From Deltaproteobacteria bacterium TL4 (GTDB lineage: Bacteria; SAR324; NAC60-12), in NCBI GenBank assembly GCA_051382335.1, contig JBBCAX010000094.1, positions 910 through 64,909 of the forward strand: a stretch of DNA of 64,000 bases. The letters run 5' to 3'. Positions 8,674-19,214 of the stretch are shown piece by piece; position 1 is the first letter of the stretch, and every line of letters begins with the position of its first letter. A program made the position numbers and the translations under genes. Below the pieces are notes generated by a model, which saw nothing but the letters and a program-made list of their open reading frames with translations, did not search any database and was not told the origin of the DNA.

Positions 8674-10706
8674 ATAAAAATCCAGAGCAAAGTAAAAAAT
8701 TGTTGATGGTGGATGATAATCCGGAAAACCTGCATATGCTTTCAAAAACTTTGGGAAATGATTATGATCTGCTCTTTGCGATCAATGGCGAAAAAGCGTT
8801 GGAAATAGCATTTTCTGGTGAGCCCATTGATTTGATATTGCTGGATATCATGATGCCTGGGATTGATGGTTATGAGGTGTGTTCACGATTAAAAGCGAAC
8901 GCTGCAACCGTGGCGATACCGGTCGTTTTCTTGACTGCTTTGAATGAGGCAGAGGATGAAGTTAAAGGCTTTGAACTGGGTGCTGTGGACTATATCACTA
9001 AACCTTTTAACCTCCTCATTATAAAAATGAGAATCGCGACCATCTTGAAGTTAAAATCCGAAATGGAAAAGACTCAGCAATTGACACAAGAACTCCAGAA
9101 ATTAAATAATGACCTGGAACAGCAAGTCGCGGAAAAAGTATCAGAACTCCGCTTGGCCTATGAAAAATTAAAAGTCAGTGAGCGTAATTACCGATCTATC
9201 TTTGAAAATGCGGTGGAAGGCATCTTCCAAAGTACGTTTGAAGGGGAGTTTATAAACGTAAGTCCCTCCATGGCGAAAATACTCGGTTATGAGTCACCCG
9301 AGGAAGCTAGGTCTTCCATCTCTGACATTGGGGCTCAATGTTATGTAAATCCCCTTGAGAGAAAAACGCTCATTCAAGAATTACAATCAGTCGGCTTGGT
9401 AAGAGGGTTGGAAACCCAACTGTTAAAAAAGGATGGAAGCCGCGTATGGTGTTCCCTCTCAGTGCGTTTAGTTCGCAATGAGCAAGGACAAGCGATCTGT
9501 GTCGAAGGTTTTTGTGTAGACATCACCCAACAGAAACAAACTGAAGCGGCACTTCTAAAAAGCGAAAAACAGCTTTACCAGGCACAAAAAATGGAAGCCA
9601 TCGGAACTTTGGCAGGAGGCATTGCGCATGAATTCAATAACCTGCTTACTCCCATTCTCGGATATACGGAAGTACTCATTGGGAACAGCGTTGAGGATGA
9701 TCAGGACAGAAGATATCTCACCCAGATACAGTTAGCAGGAAATAGAGCCGCGAGTTTAGTCGGACAAATGCTTGCTTATGGACGGCAATCCCTATCACAA
9801 CGAGAGTCCGTCTCACTAAAGTTGCTCGTTGAAGAAGTTACCCAATTGATTCAACAGACGACCCCTTCCAATATTTCTATCAAAAAAGAATTTGAACCGA
9901 ATTTGCCTTTCATCCTGGGAATGTCTAATGAACTCCATCAGATCCTTCTCAATCTTTGTATCAACGCCGTCCAAGCCATGCCGGACGGTGGAACTTTAAC
10001 CATTCGTCTGAAAAACGAAGGATTTCGCCAATTTACCAAACCAGAGGGGCAGATCCAGAAAGGCAATTTTCTGGGTCTGATGGTGCAAGATACAGGCGTT
10101 GGAATGTCTCCAACCACAAAAGAACGTATTTTTGACCCTTTCTTTACGACCAAAGAGGTTGGGCAAGGTTCAGGCTTGGGATTATCCGTCGTGCTGGGGA
10201 TTGTGCAACAGCATCAGGGGCATATTGAAGTTGACAGTAAGGAAGGTGAAGGAAGTACTTTCCACCTCTATTTCCCTGTTTCACGAGAAACTATAAAACC
10301 ACAAGCTTCTCCAGAAAAATCACTGACCCAGGGGAATGAACGTATTTTGTTGATCGATGATGAACCGTTGGTTACTGATTTAGTTAAGGAAATGTTGATT
10401 AAGTTGGGATATGAGGTCACCAATTTTTCAGATTGTGCCCAGGCATTGACGTTGTTTACCGACCATGCTCAGGACTTTGACCTGGTTATCACGGATTATG
10501 GGATGCCGAAAATGAACGGAAAACAGTTAACGGCGAAGATAAAAGAAATTCGTCCTGAACTTCCTGTGATTTTGATCACAGGTTATGCTGATTTGGTTGT
10601 AAAAGAAGACATCGTTACATGGAAAATAGATGGTTTATTGAAAAAACCCTTTAAGCTGGCATCGCTCAGTCAGGTTGTGAGAAGAAATTTGGAAAAAAGG
10701 CAATAG
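8670..10706 (+). CDS. Hybrid signalling protein REC-(coiled coil)-PAS-HisKA-HATPase_c-REC
   Basis: N-terminal receiver (LLMVDDNPEN...DLILLDIMMPGIDG); H-box IAHEFNNLLTPILGY; G-boxes DTGVGM and GSGLGLSV; C-terminal receiver (ILLIDDEP...DLVITDYGMPKMNG). Start overlaps the upstream kinase stop (ATGA). Confidence 0.85.
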   Translation: MNKNPEQSKKLLMVDDNPENLHMLSKTLGNDYDLLFAINGEKALEIAFSGEPIDLILLDIMMPGIDGYEVCSRLKANAATVAIPVVFLTALNEAEDEVKGFELGAVDYITKPFNLLIIKMRIATILKLKSEMEKTQQLTQELQKLNNDLEQQVAEKVSELRLAYEKLKVSERNYRSIFENAVEGIFQSTFEGEFINVSPSMAKILGYESPEEARSSISDIGAQCYVNPLERKTLIQELQSVGLVRGLETQLLKKDGSRVWCSLSVRLVRNEQGQAICVEGFCVDITQQKQTEAALLKSEKQLYQAQKMEAIGTLAGGIAHEFNNLLTPILGYTEVLIGNSVEDDQDRRYLTQIQLAGNRAASLVGQMLAYGRQSLSQRESVSLKLLVEEVTQLIQQTTPSNISIKKEFEPNLPFILGMSNELHQILLNLCINAVQAMPDGGTLTIRLKNEGFRQFTKPEGQIQKGNFLGLMVQDTGVGMSPTTKERIFDPFFTTKEVGQGSGLGLSVVLGIVQQHQGHIEVDSKEGEGSTFHLYFPVSRETIKPQASPEKSLTQGNERILLIDDEPLVTDLVKEMLIKLGYEVTNFSDCAQALTLFTDHAQDFDLVITDYGMPKMNGKQLTAKIKEIRPELPVILITGYADLVVKEDIVTWKIDGLLKKPFKLASLSQVVRRNLEKRQ

Positions 10707-10743
10707 CCGCAAGATCTGTTTCTAACCCAAAATACAGAGAAAG

Positions 10744-10778
10744 GGGTGTGCTCTGGTTACATCAGCAAGAGCACACCC
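10744..10778. terminator. Bidirectional intrinsic terminator between convergent genes (11 bp stem GGGTGTGCTCT/AGAGCACACCC)
   Basis: Hairpin read directly between the 3' ends of the hybrid kinase and the acyl-CoA dehydrogenase. Confidence 0.55.
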
Positions 10779-10792
10779 AAAGAACGGTTGGA

Positions 10793-12718
10793 TTATTTCG
10801 CTACCTTCTGTTCACCGACTTCAACAGAAAGTTCGTCCAATAAACGACCACCAATGCTACAAATTTCATCATAAAGAAAACGGGTTCTGGGTTCCGCACG
10901 CTCCATGTACGTTTCCAGAATTTCTCGTCTCTCAGGAAATTTTTTGCTTTGCTCAAAAAGAATTTCGCAAACCAAAGCATCTGTCTTTAATCGCAATAAA
11001 CGTTCAGCATGAAGCATTCCTGGCGCAAAATCGGATTTAGGATTCCAGTTTTTCAAAAATTGATCGGGCCATGTGCTAATAGGCTTATGACTAATGGCTT
11101 TAAATTTCTTTGCGGCAATTTTCTGCATCAACTGTTGTTGCGCCATCAAACAAGTTAACTGAATTCTCGCAACTCTTCGCTCCAGTGAATCTCGTGCAGA
11201 AAGGCTGGCGATTCGTGCTTGTGCGAGTTCCTTCACAAAGGCTTGAGGATTTTTAATAATACCCAAAAGCGAATCTTTCATGGCCATTAAAGACTGAATC
11301 TGTGAGGTTCCTTCATAGATAGGAAGCACCATGGCATCCCTGAATAATTTTTCTGCGCCATATTCTGTGGTGTATCCGGAACCCCCGTGAATTTGAACAC
11401 AGCGGCGTGATAATTCAACGGCTTTCTCACTTCCAAAATACTTGATCAAAGGCGTCACACGTCTGGCTTCTCTTTTATATATTTTGACCATTTTTTCAGC
11501 ACGCTTGTACTCCAAAGTATCGGATTCCCACAGACCACTATCCAAGGCCATTTGAGTCCTTGACGCTAATTCTTCGTTGTAAGCACCATAGTAAGTTATC
11601 GCTCGTAACGCTTTAATATCATTTTCCATTTCTTTTAGGTAATCGGCGATCATTTCATGACGGTCAATCGTTTTACCCATACTTTTTCGTTGTGCCGCGT
11701 AATCTTTGGCCAAACGATAGGACGCTTCACAAATGCCTAAACTTTCAAAGGCGACACCGACACGGGCATTATTCATCAAGATCAGCATTAATTTGAAACC
11801 TTCCCCTCGCTTACCAATCAACTGAGCGGGAGAACGGTCAAAATTAATGGAACAGGTTGCGCTACCATGGATTCCCAATTTTTCCTCAACCCGTTCAACT
11901 GTGGCGAGTCGAGTTCGAGTGCCATCAGGATTATCGATGTAAGTTGGAACCAAGAAAAAGGATAAGCCTTCCAGTCCTGCAAACGCGTCATCCGCGGAAG
12001 CCGGCTCTTCAGTTCTTGCGATCACAAAATGATATTTTCCATGTCCCGAAGTGATAAAGATCTTTTGTCCTGTAACAAACCAGTTGCCTTTTTCATCCTG
12101 CTCGGCTTTGGTTCGGAGCGCTGCCATATCACTCCCCGCGTCAGGTTCCGTGATGTCCATACATCCCCAGGCTTCCCCTGTCATAATGTCTTTGACTTCC
12201 TTTTCAAATCGTGTGCTGAGAACTTCTTTGGTTTTGGGATCAAATTTTGTAGTTCCTTCATATTGGGAAAAAACCAGCATGGCCATGGCAATTCCGCCGT
12301 GAAATCCATGATGACTCAAGATGGAAATATCTCCACGACCCAAAAGTTCACTATTGATGAAATAGAGCAACATCGGACAACTCATGCCCCCAAGTTCTCG
12401 GGGAACACACATCCCATGGATATCCAACCCTTTGATTTCATCGAATAAATCTTGAAGCACTTTGGGAAAAACGACTTCTCCATTAACCAGTTTAATTCCC
12501 GTGCGGTCCACTTCCTGAGCAATAGGCGCGACTTTTTCCGCGGCTAATTCTCCCATCATTTCCAACATCTCATGATACACACTCAATGTTTCCGCTTCGT
12601 TTTTATATTCGAATCCTTCTCCAAACCCCTTTTCCGTGACGGTTAATAAGGGACTCCAATCGATTCCTTTTTTGATATAAAATTGAATATCCTCATTATC
12701 AGTGTAAAAGTTTGCCAT
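10793..12718 (-). CDS. Acyl-CoA dehydrogenase, long form with C-terminal extension (about 640 aa)
   Basis: ACAD middle and C-terminal motifs (GEAWGCMDITEPDAGSD; YEGTSQIQ). The size matches the FadE-like large ACADs. Confidence 0.8.
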   Translation of the reverse strand: MANFYTDNEDIQFYIKKGIDWSPLLTVTEKGFGEGFEYKNEAETLSVYHEMLEMMGELAAEKVAPIAQEVDRTGIKLVNGEVVFPKVLQDLFDEIKGLDIHGMCVPRELGGMSCPMLLYFINSELLGRGDISILSHHGFHGGIAMAMLVFSQYEGTTKFDPKTKEVLSTRFEKEVKDIMTGEAWGCMDITEPDAGSDMAALRTKAEQDEKGNWFVTGQKIFITSGHGKYHFVIARTEEPASADDAFAGLEGLSFFLVPTYIDNPDGTRTRLATVERVEEKLGIHGSATCSINFDRSPAQLIGKRGEGFKLMLILMNNARVGVAFESLGICEASYRLAKDYAAQRKSMGKTIDRHEMIADYLKEMENDIKALRAITYYGAYNEELASRTQMALDSGLWESDTLEYKRAEKMVKIYKREARRVTPLIKYFGSEKAVELSRRCVQIHGGSGYTTEYGAEKLFRDAMVLPIYEGTSQIQSLMAMKDSLLGIIKNPQAFVKELAQARIASLSARDSLERRVARIQLTCLMAQQQLMQKIAAKKFKAISHKPISTWPDQFLKNWNPKSDFAPGMLHAERLLRLKTDALVCEILFEQSKKFPERREILETYMERAEPRTRFLYDEICSIGGRLLDELSVEVGEQKVAK

Positions 12719-13008
12719 AAAGAAGCCTCAAGCTGTAAGGTTGATATTGAAATGCGCACCCAGGGTGCTCATTCCCTAGTTCACAATAAAATAAATTTAG
12801 ATTTTGATTTTTACTTATGATACGTAGGATGAAAGAATCTTCAATGATCATTTGAGACAATTAATCTTTAAAAGATGTCCTTTTTTGTCAAAATGCTGAG
12901 ATGAATTAAGATCTTGGCATGGTTTTTAACTCGTGTGCCAGGATTTCCTGGCTAATAATCTTACGACTCACGAGTTCTGTGGAATGGTTTCAAAGCATCT
13001 GATTAAAA

Positions 13009-14043
13009 ATGGCATCACCTACGCGACCTGTTAATAAATACGAAAACATCATCTCTATCAGTTTTGTGGCCTCGATTATAGAAGTCTTGGAGAAATATCA
13101 AATTGAAGGACACGAACTTTTGAAAATTGCCTCAATTCCACCGGAACTTCTGGAAGATCCCTTTGCCCGAATCACTCCGAAACAATATTTAACACTGGCG
13201 GAAGAAGCGATGCTTCGGACCAATGATCAGGGATTGGGGCTCCGGGTGGGGAAAAATATGGAATCTGCGGCGTTCAGTCATGTTGGGTATGCGGCCATGA
13301 ATAGCATGACCGTCCGTGAATGTTTGGAACTGGGAATTAAATACCAGGGCATCATCACGCATGGTATACGCTTGGAGTTGATCGAAGCAAAGGAGGAAGC
13401 GATTCTGAGAATTGAATCGGCAATTGAAGGAAAACGGTTATCCAAATTTATCGTTGAAGTGGGGATGGCCGGTTTAGCCAATGTTTCCAGAATACTCACC
13501 GAAATTACAGTCTCACCTAAAGTGGTCTGTTTCCAATATGCGGAGCCTTCTTATATTCAGGAATATTATCATATTTTTCAATGTCCCTTAAAGTTCAACC
13601 ATGCTTTTAATCAGTTCGTCTTTGATCGAGCTTATCTTGATTTACCCATCACTCACGCGGATCTGACGTTATCCAAAATTATGAAAAAAACCTGTGAAGA
13701 TCTCATGGCGGAACTTCCCCAACGTCCCAGTCTCAAAACCCAGGTTCAACAAGTAACAGATGATTTGTTTTATATTCAGTATCCCAGTTTTACGGAAGTT
13801 GCCGAACGCTTAGGGATGACGACCCGGACGCTGAGACGGAAACTAAAGGAGGAAGAAACTTCATTTCAAGAAATTCTGGATGAAATCCGTAGAAATCTTT
13901 CTGTTTTTTATCTAAAGCGCAAGGAAATGTCACTGGCTGAAATTGCCCAACGGTTAGGGTTTTCTGAATCCAGCGCGTTTCATCGTTCTTTTAAAAAATG
14001 GACAGGAAAAACACCCGGTGAGTATCGAAGTCTGATAGATTGA
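13009..14043 (+). CDS. AraC family transcriptional regulator
   Basis: C-terminal double HTH (AEIAQRLGFSESSAFHRSFKKWTGKTPGEYR). Roughly 230 aa N-terminal ligand-binding-like domain. Confidence 0.8.
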   Translation: MASPTRPVNKYENIISISFVASIIEVLEKYQIEGHELLKIASIPPELLEDPFARITPKQYLTLAEEAMLRTNDQGLGLRVGKNMESAAFSHVGYAAMNSMTVRECLELGIKYQGIITHGIRLELIEAKEEAILRIESAIEGKRLSKFIVEVGMAGLANVSRILTEITVSPKVVCFQYAEPSYIQEYYHIFQCPLKFNHAFNQFVFDRAYLDLPITHADLTLSKIMKKTCEDLMAELPQRPSLKTQVQQVTDDLFYIQYPSFTEVAERLGMTTRTLRRKLKEEETSFQEILDEIRRNLSVFYLKRKEMSLAEIAQRLGFSESSAFHRSFKKWTGKTPGEYRSLID

Positions 14044-14229
14044 CCTTAGCCGAAAAGAAATTATATCAGAAAAATATATTGAGATTTACACCAGATAGGT
14101 TTCATAATCCATTGAAATTACAGCTAATAACTTCAAAACGAGGAAATATGACACCTAATAACAAATTCCGAGTTGTTTCAACAAGCGATGTTCAATCGGA
14201 TTCCACTTTGAAGTATAAGGAGAAAACAA

Positions 14230-15063
14230 TTAAAACACTTCTTCAACGAAGTTTTGGTTTTCATAAGGAGGTCTCTCATAGTCTCCTATCGTATTGCGCT
14301 TTTTAAGTTGTATCGGTTTAGGCATTATATTTTCATAAGGAATGGCATTCAAAATATGATTGATACAATTCAAACGCGCTCGTTTTTTATCATCGGAGTT
14401 GACGACAAACCAAGGTGCTTCTTTAATATCCGTATAGAAGAACATCTCATCTTTCGCTTTTGAATACTCCACCCACTTGTCACGAGATTCCAAGTCCATA
14501 GGGCTCAGTTTCCAACGTTTCAAGGGATCTTTAGATCGACTTTGAAAACGTCTTTCCTGTTCTTCATCACTGACTGAAAACCAATATTTAAGTAAGATGA
14601 TTCCAGAGCGGACCAGCATTCTCTCAAATTCAGGACAAGAACGTAAGAACTCTTTGTATTGAGCATCTGTACAGAACCCCATGACCCGCTCAACCCCTGA
14701 ACGGTTATACCAGCTTCGATCCATGATGACAATTTCGCCTGCTGCGGGGAGATGCGTGACGTAGCGTTGGAAATACCATTGTGTTTTTTCGCGGTCAGAA
14801 GGAGCAGCCAGAGCGACAACATTACAACCTCGCGGGTTGAGGGGTTCAATGATGCGCTTAATCGTCCCTCCTTTACCAGCGGCATCCCGTCCCTCAAAAA
14901 CCATAGCAACACGTAACCCCTTTTGCTTGATCCAATATTGCAACTTAACCAATTCTACGTGCAGCTTTGCTAACTCTTTCAAATAATCCTTGTTGTTTAT
15001 TTTTTTAATTTTTTTTGTTGAGCTATTCTCACCGCTTTTGTTCTCTTTTTTTTCCTTTGACAT
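14230..15063 (-). CDS. ppk2: Polyphosphate kinase 2 (PPK2 family)
   Basis: Walker A FEGRDAAGKGGTIKRI. Family length of about 270 aa with Lys-rich N-terminus. Confidence 0.8.
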   Translation of the reverse strand: MSKEKKENKSGENSSTKKIKKINNKDYLKELAKLHVELVKLQYWIKQKGLRVAMVFEGRDAAGKGGTIKRIIEPLNPRGCNVVALAAPSDREKTQWYFQRYVTHLPAAGEIVIMDRSWYNRSGVERVMGFCTDAQYKEFLRSCPEFERMLVRSGIILLKYWFSVSDEEQERRFQSRSKDPLKRWKLSPMDLESRDKWVEYSKAKDEMFFYTDIKEAPWFVVNSDDKKRARLNCINHILNAIPYENIMPKPIQLKKRNTIGDYERPPYENQNFVEEVF

Positions 15064-15483
15064 TGTACTTCTCCGCTGAAGAATTAAACAACTCTATTTC
15101 CATAACGTCAATTTTGAATAAGGATCATCATTCATGAAAAAAGGGGAAATCGATTTTAACGCGAACTGGGTTTATCCAAAACTCACGTTAATCCAAGATC
15201 CAATAGGTTCTTAACAGTTCCCTGCTACTTGTTAATGACATAAACAAAGCCTTGGTGTCAATAAAAGTTAGGTCCGTCTTTCTTTTTTATTTAGAGCGTT
15301 GGAAATTTAGAAGTGACATGCTGCGATTTATGCTGATACTGCGTCTTATGCTTCAAGGCTGCGCTCAGGAGCCTTTGAAAGTGCTGCCGGATTACGGAGT
15401 TCAAAAAAGGACAGTCTGGATTTCCCCATGGAAATTTTCCGGGTTTTACGCAAACGGAGTTCTCCTCTTCCTGGCATGGTTGT

Positions 15484-16236
15484 TTATTTTCTTCGCAACA
15501 AGATAGTAGGCAGGTGGAGTTGATCTTGTTTGTAGTTGCCTGTCAGGAGATACATAATCAGGTTCACATAGAAACGAAGTTGCAATTCCTGGGCAGGATC
15601 ATTCTGAAAGGGGGTCACTCGAGCAAGACTGAAGGCTTGCCAAGAAAGTTGAGCGGTCTGATTCATGATCATGATTTGACGACCATCATTTTCCAAAAGA
15701 TAGATCGAGGTGTTTCCCCGATTCAGCAGCATCCGTTTTTCAAGCAGGTAAAAACTGTGGGTCAGTACGCTGGCGCTGGACATTGCTTGCCATTGAGTCT
15801 TCGGATAAATTGAACTCCCCCATATTTTCCACTCTTCCATAGACTCAACATCCGCATGACAATAGTCCAAAAACAGGGTGCCTCCCGCATTAAAAAAATC
15901 GCGCCAATGGAGTTGATCGGTAAGGGTTGTTTGCGGTGGAAAAGTACACATTTCGATGTGCAGGAAAGGATATTTTCGGAAACTGGGAGGATCATAAGGA
16001 ATCCATTCCTGATAAGGACGGAATTGCAGTGTCGTTCTCCCCTCAAGGGCTTTCATCGCACTGGTTACCATTCTGTTTGGGGGTAAGGAAGGGGACAAGG
16101 AAACCGATATCCACTCAAAACGATCCAATTCAATCATGCGTTGCGGAGTTAAGGCAAGAGGAGGTTGTTGTTGTGCCACAACGAGCGTTGTGCTCCAAAA
16201 ACAGAAAATCCCAAGGCTAAGAAAAAGCTTATGCAT
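15484..16236 (-). CDS. Secreted hypothetical protein (possibly DUF4159/ThuA-like fold)
   Basis: Start chosen at MHKLFLSLGIFCFWSTTLVVAQQ (signal peptide) rather than the longer ORF that overlaps coaBC. Family assignment is weak. Confidence 0.45.
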   Translation of the reverse strand: MHKLFLSLGIFCFWSTTLVVAQQQPPLALTPQRMIELDRFEWISVSLSPSLPPNRMVTSAMKALEGRTTLQFRPYQEWIPYDPPSFRKYPFLHIEMCTFPPQTTLTDQLHWRDFFNAGGTLFLDYCHADVESMEEWKIWGSSIYPKTQWQAMSSASVLTHSFYLLEKRMLLNRGNTSIYLLENDGRQIMIMNQTAQLSWQAFSLARVTPFQNDPAQELQLRFYVNLIMYLLTGNYKQDQLHLPTILLRRK

Positions 16237-16247
16237 AAGTAAGTCTT

Positions 16248-17513
16248 TTAAATGAGAGCGTTCTGGGCAATATGGTCGAGTAAACAACAGGCGATTTCGG
16301 CTTTGCCGATGGCTCGTTCAGGTTCTGCCTGTCCATCAATAATCCAGGCCACTTGTTCTCCCTGAGGTCCCTTTTCTTCGCCTCTGTTGGCAACTACCAG
16401 ATTATAACCGGAATCCAATCGACTTTGAGCGATTTTCATCAAATCCGCATGGGATAAATTTTCTTCATACTTGAAGGTCGCCATGTATAAATCTGGAAAT
16501 TGTGCCCGTACGTTTTTGATTACTTTTTGGGTTGGAACAAGATTTAATGAAAATTGTGTTTGACCACTCGGAAGTTTGCCGGCAAATGGAGTTTCCGGTT
16601 GATAATCCGCAACCGCCGCTGAAAAAATGCCAATCGCGACTTTTTCTTTTTGTAAATAATCCAGAACGCGGCTCTGATACTCATCATAAGTACGAATCAC
16701 CGTGGCGTCGAGATAACTTGGGGCAGCGAGGCTTCCTTGACCTAAAATCAATTGAACTTGAGCCCCTCGAAACCAAGCTTCTTTCGCAATATGAATCGCC
16801 AGTGCCCCCGTAAAATGGTTGGTGATTCGACGTATATGATCAATACACACAGGTGTCGGACCGCCTGTAACCAGGATGGTTTTCCCTTTGAAGGGATGAG
16901 GTTTGGTGGCACGAATGGTTGAGGCTACTAAAATTTCAATGGCAGGAAGGTTATCCTTGCCATTTTCTTGACGAGGAGGAATGATCGTCACTCCTGACTC
17001 GTGCAAGCGTATTAAAGAATTTTTCAAAAGGGAATTATGCATGGTGCCATGCATCGTCGGCGCAATTAAAAGAGGGATTTTTTGTTGTTCCAGCCGTCCC
17101 AGGGCAGAGGCCAGCGTTGACGTTAAAACCGAGTCCGCAATCCCTGACGCCATTTTGTTGATCACACTATACGTTGCGGGAGCCAGCAGGTACGCGTCAA
17201 AAGGCGCAGAATCACTCAAATGTTCAGCCGCCGGGGTAAACGCGTCGATAACGGGGTGTAGCGAGGTCCATTCGAGCGTTTCTTTCGTGACATATTTTAG
17301 ACCTTCACGGGTGATAAAAACAGTCACATCGGCACCTTCACGACGTAACTCCCTGATCAGATCAGGCATTCGATAAGCGGCGATGCTTCCCGTTATGAGT
17401 AGCGCGATGCGTTTTCCTTGCAAGTGAGAACCTTGCTGATTGACCTCATGATCTTTTAATACAGAGGGCGAAGGTGAGGAAAAGTTCCACGATTGCATTG
17501 GAGTTTTATCCAT
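16248..17513 (-). CDS. coaBC: Bifunctional phosphopantothenoylcysteine decarboxylase / phosphopantothenate-cysteine ligase
   Basis: N-terminal flavoprotein domain (KRIALLITGSIAAYRMPDLIRELRREGADVTV) and C-terminal DFP/CoaB domain. 421 aa. Confidence 0.85.
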   Translation of the reverse strand: MDKTPMQSWNFSSPSPSVLKDHEVNQQGSHLQGKRIALLITGSIAAYRMPDLIRELRREGADVTVFITREGLKYVTKETLEWTSLHPVIDAFTPAAEHLSDSAPFDAYLLAPATYSVINKMASGIADSVLTSTLASALGRLEQQKIPLLIAPTMHGTMHNSLLKNSLIRLHESGVTIIPPRQENGKDNLPAIEILVASTIRATKPHPFKGKTILVTGGPTPVCIDHIRRITNHFTGALAIHIAKEAWFRGAQVQLILGQGSLAAPSYLDATVIRTYDEYQSRVLDYLQKEKVAIGIFSAAVADYQPETPFAGKLPSGQTQFSLNLVPTQKVIKNVRAQFPDLYMATFKYEENLSHADLMKIAQSRLDSGYNLVVANRGEEKGPQGEQVAWIIDGQAEPERAIGKAEIACCLLDHIAQNALI

Positions 17514-17630
17514 TTTTTGCGGTTCCTGAGAAAATCATTATGTAACCAACTCTTACAGCTTGAAACATCGTTAAGTATCGTGCTTATTCATCCTACAGAA
17601 ACGAAGGTAAAACAAGCTATTTGTGCGAAA

Positions 17631-18062
17631 ATGGGGGCAACGCTAAAGGTATTGATGAACAAAGATGAATGGGTTCCCTTATTTAAAAAATTGTTAAGAT
17701 TTTTGGCCGGAGGAGGCGCCATCTGGTTCCTCAGAGCGGTTCTGACTTCTCTATTAACCGAAACCCTGGGCTTTGATGCGGTTTTTGCCTATCGAATAGG
17801 CTTGGTTGTCAGTTTTTTCTGTTATTTTTTCATGAATTTGCATTTTGTGTTTCTGGTCCATGATCGTATTTTATGGCGGATGCTTAAATTTTCGTGTGTT
17901 TCGATCTCCTTCTTAACCGTTGACGGAATGATTATGAGTTTTCTAAATAAAAATTGGGGCTGGCATTATTTATGGGCCTTAAGTACCTCCACCGCAATGT
18001 TGCTTCTAATCAAATTTGTCGTGTTCAATACCTTCGTTTTTCAGAATAAAAAATGTCCGTAG
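17631..18062 (+). CDS. GtrA-like small polytopic membrane protein
   Basis: Start set at MGATLKVL. Four predicted TM segments. Typical GtrA-family size of about 140 aa. Overlaps the next gene by 10 bp. Confidence 0.5.
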   Translation: MGATLKVLMNKDEWVPLFKKLLRFLAGGGAIWFLRAVLTSLLTETLGFDAVFAYRIGLVVSFFCYFFMNLHFVFLVHDRILWRMLKFSCVSISFLTVDGMIMSFLNKNWGWHYLWALSTSTAMLLLIKFVVFNTFVFQNKKCP

Positions 18063-19003
18063 ATTCTTGTTATTTATGTAAAAATCCGATCCCTGTCCAA
18101 CAGTCATTTTATGAAGCCCATGGGGTACGGGTTTGTTTGGAGTGTTTCACCAATACCCCCCGATGCCAAAAATGTAAGTTTCCCTCAACGGCACTCAAGA
18201 GGTACCCGGGGTTTGGCAACATCTGCGAGTTTTGCCAAAAATCGCTGGAGCGGGAAACAGGAATGGAATGCTATTTGTGTCAAAAAAAAATTCCTTCCTG
18301 GGGTTCGTGCTACTCGGATTATGGAAAACACGTTTGTCAGGATTGCTTCAAGAATGCGGAGCGTTGTTTTCTATGCCGTTTTCCCAAGGGCATAGAAAAG
18401 GTTGACGGCTTGGGCTACCTTTGTGAATTTTGTCAAAATGAGGTTCTCAAAAAGGGCATGGATCTGGATTCCTTTCTAGGTCCGCTCAAAGCTTTTTTGG
18501 CAGGATATCAGCATCCTGTTCCGTCCAAATTAAATCTTCATTGGATCGATTGGCATGTCCTGGTGGGGATGCAATGGCCCAAAGAACGGCCCCCTTATAA
18601 AATCAAATATTTAGATGAATTTTTATACCATTGTTACCCCATCTATTATTCAGCCAACCAATTTTATTTGATTCCAAGAATCCCCCATCAGCAATTCATG
18701 GTATACATGGCAGGACAGTTAGCCGCCTCAGATTTATGTCAACGTTTTCAGCAAAACAACTTACTGGGCGATAATCCTTTTTTTAAATTAGCCAGAGCCT
18801 GGAGTCATTTTATAGCGTATAATACAGCAACACTCCTTCACTATGAAAAATTAAGCAAACACTTACAACGCTGGCCTGAGGCCATAACAGAAGGGGATTT
18901 TCAAAAATTCGTAGCCATGCAAGCCTCCCGTAAACCGGGACAAATCGTTGAATACGCTCATTCAACCTTGAAGCAATATGCACAGAAATACCTGAACCTT
19001 TAG
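18053..19003 (+). CDS. Double zinc-ribbon repeat protein: two tandem roughly 60 aa modules each with four CxxC pairs, plus a roughly 170 aa C-terminal domain of unknown function
   Basis: Module 1 is CYLCKNPIP..CLECF..CQKCKF..CEFCQ. Module 2 is CYLCQKKIP..CQDCF..CFLCRF..CEFCQ. No HExxH or other catalytic motif was seen in the C-terminal domain. Confidence 0.6.
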   Translation: MSVDSCYLCKNPIPVQQSFYEAHGVRVCLECFTNTPRCQKCKFPSTALKRYPGFGNICEFCQKSLERETGMECYLCQKKIPSWGSCYSDYGKHVCQDCFKNAERCFLCRFPKGIEKVDGLGYLCEFCQNEVLKKGMDLDSFLGPLKAFLAGYQHPVPSKLNLHWIDWHVLVGMQWPKERPPYKIKYLDEFLYHCYPIYYSANQFYLIPRIPHQQFMVYMAGQLAASDLCQRFQQNNLLGDNPFFKLARAWSHFIAYNTATLLHYEKLSKHLQRWPEAITEGDFQKFVAMQASRKPGQIVEYAHSTLKQYAQKYLNL

Positions 19004-19019
19004 CCAAAATGCTACTAAT

Positions 19020-19214
19020 TTACAAACGTAACATAAAATTTAAAACCCGCAATGAGCTTTTTAACAGGGCTTTCTCACTTGCGTCAATATTTTGGGCGGC
19101 ATCCTGGGATATAACCATCCGAAATCCCCGGTCAGATACGGATTCAACTCCGTTCGTTGGGTTATTTTCTGTTTTCTGAATGGATATCTGGATCTTGATT
19201 TCATCATTGGACAT
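19020..19214 (-). CDS. Small hypothetical protein (64 aa)
   Basis: Good RBS (GAGGA about 6 nt upstream of the ATG). Lies downstream of the E1 repeat. No recognisable domain. Confidence 0.35.
   Translation of the reverse strand: MSNDEIKIQISIQKTENNPTNGVESVSDRGFRMVISQDAAQNIDASEKALLKSSLRVLNFMLRL

Noticed and set aside
12880-12960. Sigma-54-like TGGCAT...TTAAC upstream of the AraC regulator
   Set aside because: The -12 element lacks the conserved GC. The match is too weak to call.
14040-14463. Plus-strand ORFs of 88 and 69 aa
   Set aside because: They overlap the 3' half of ppk2 on the opposite strand. No supporting features.
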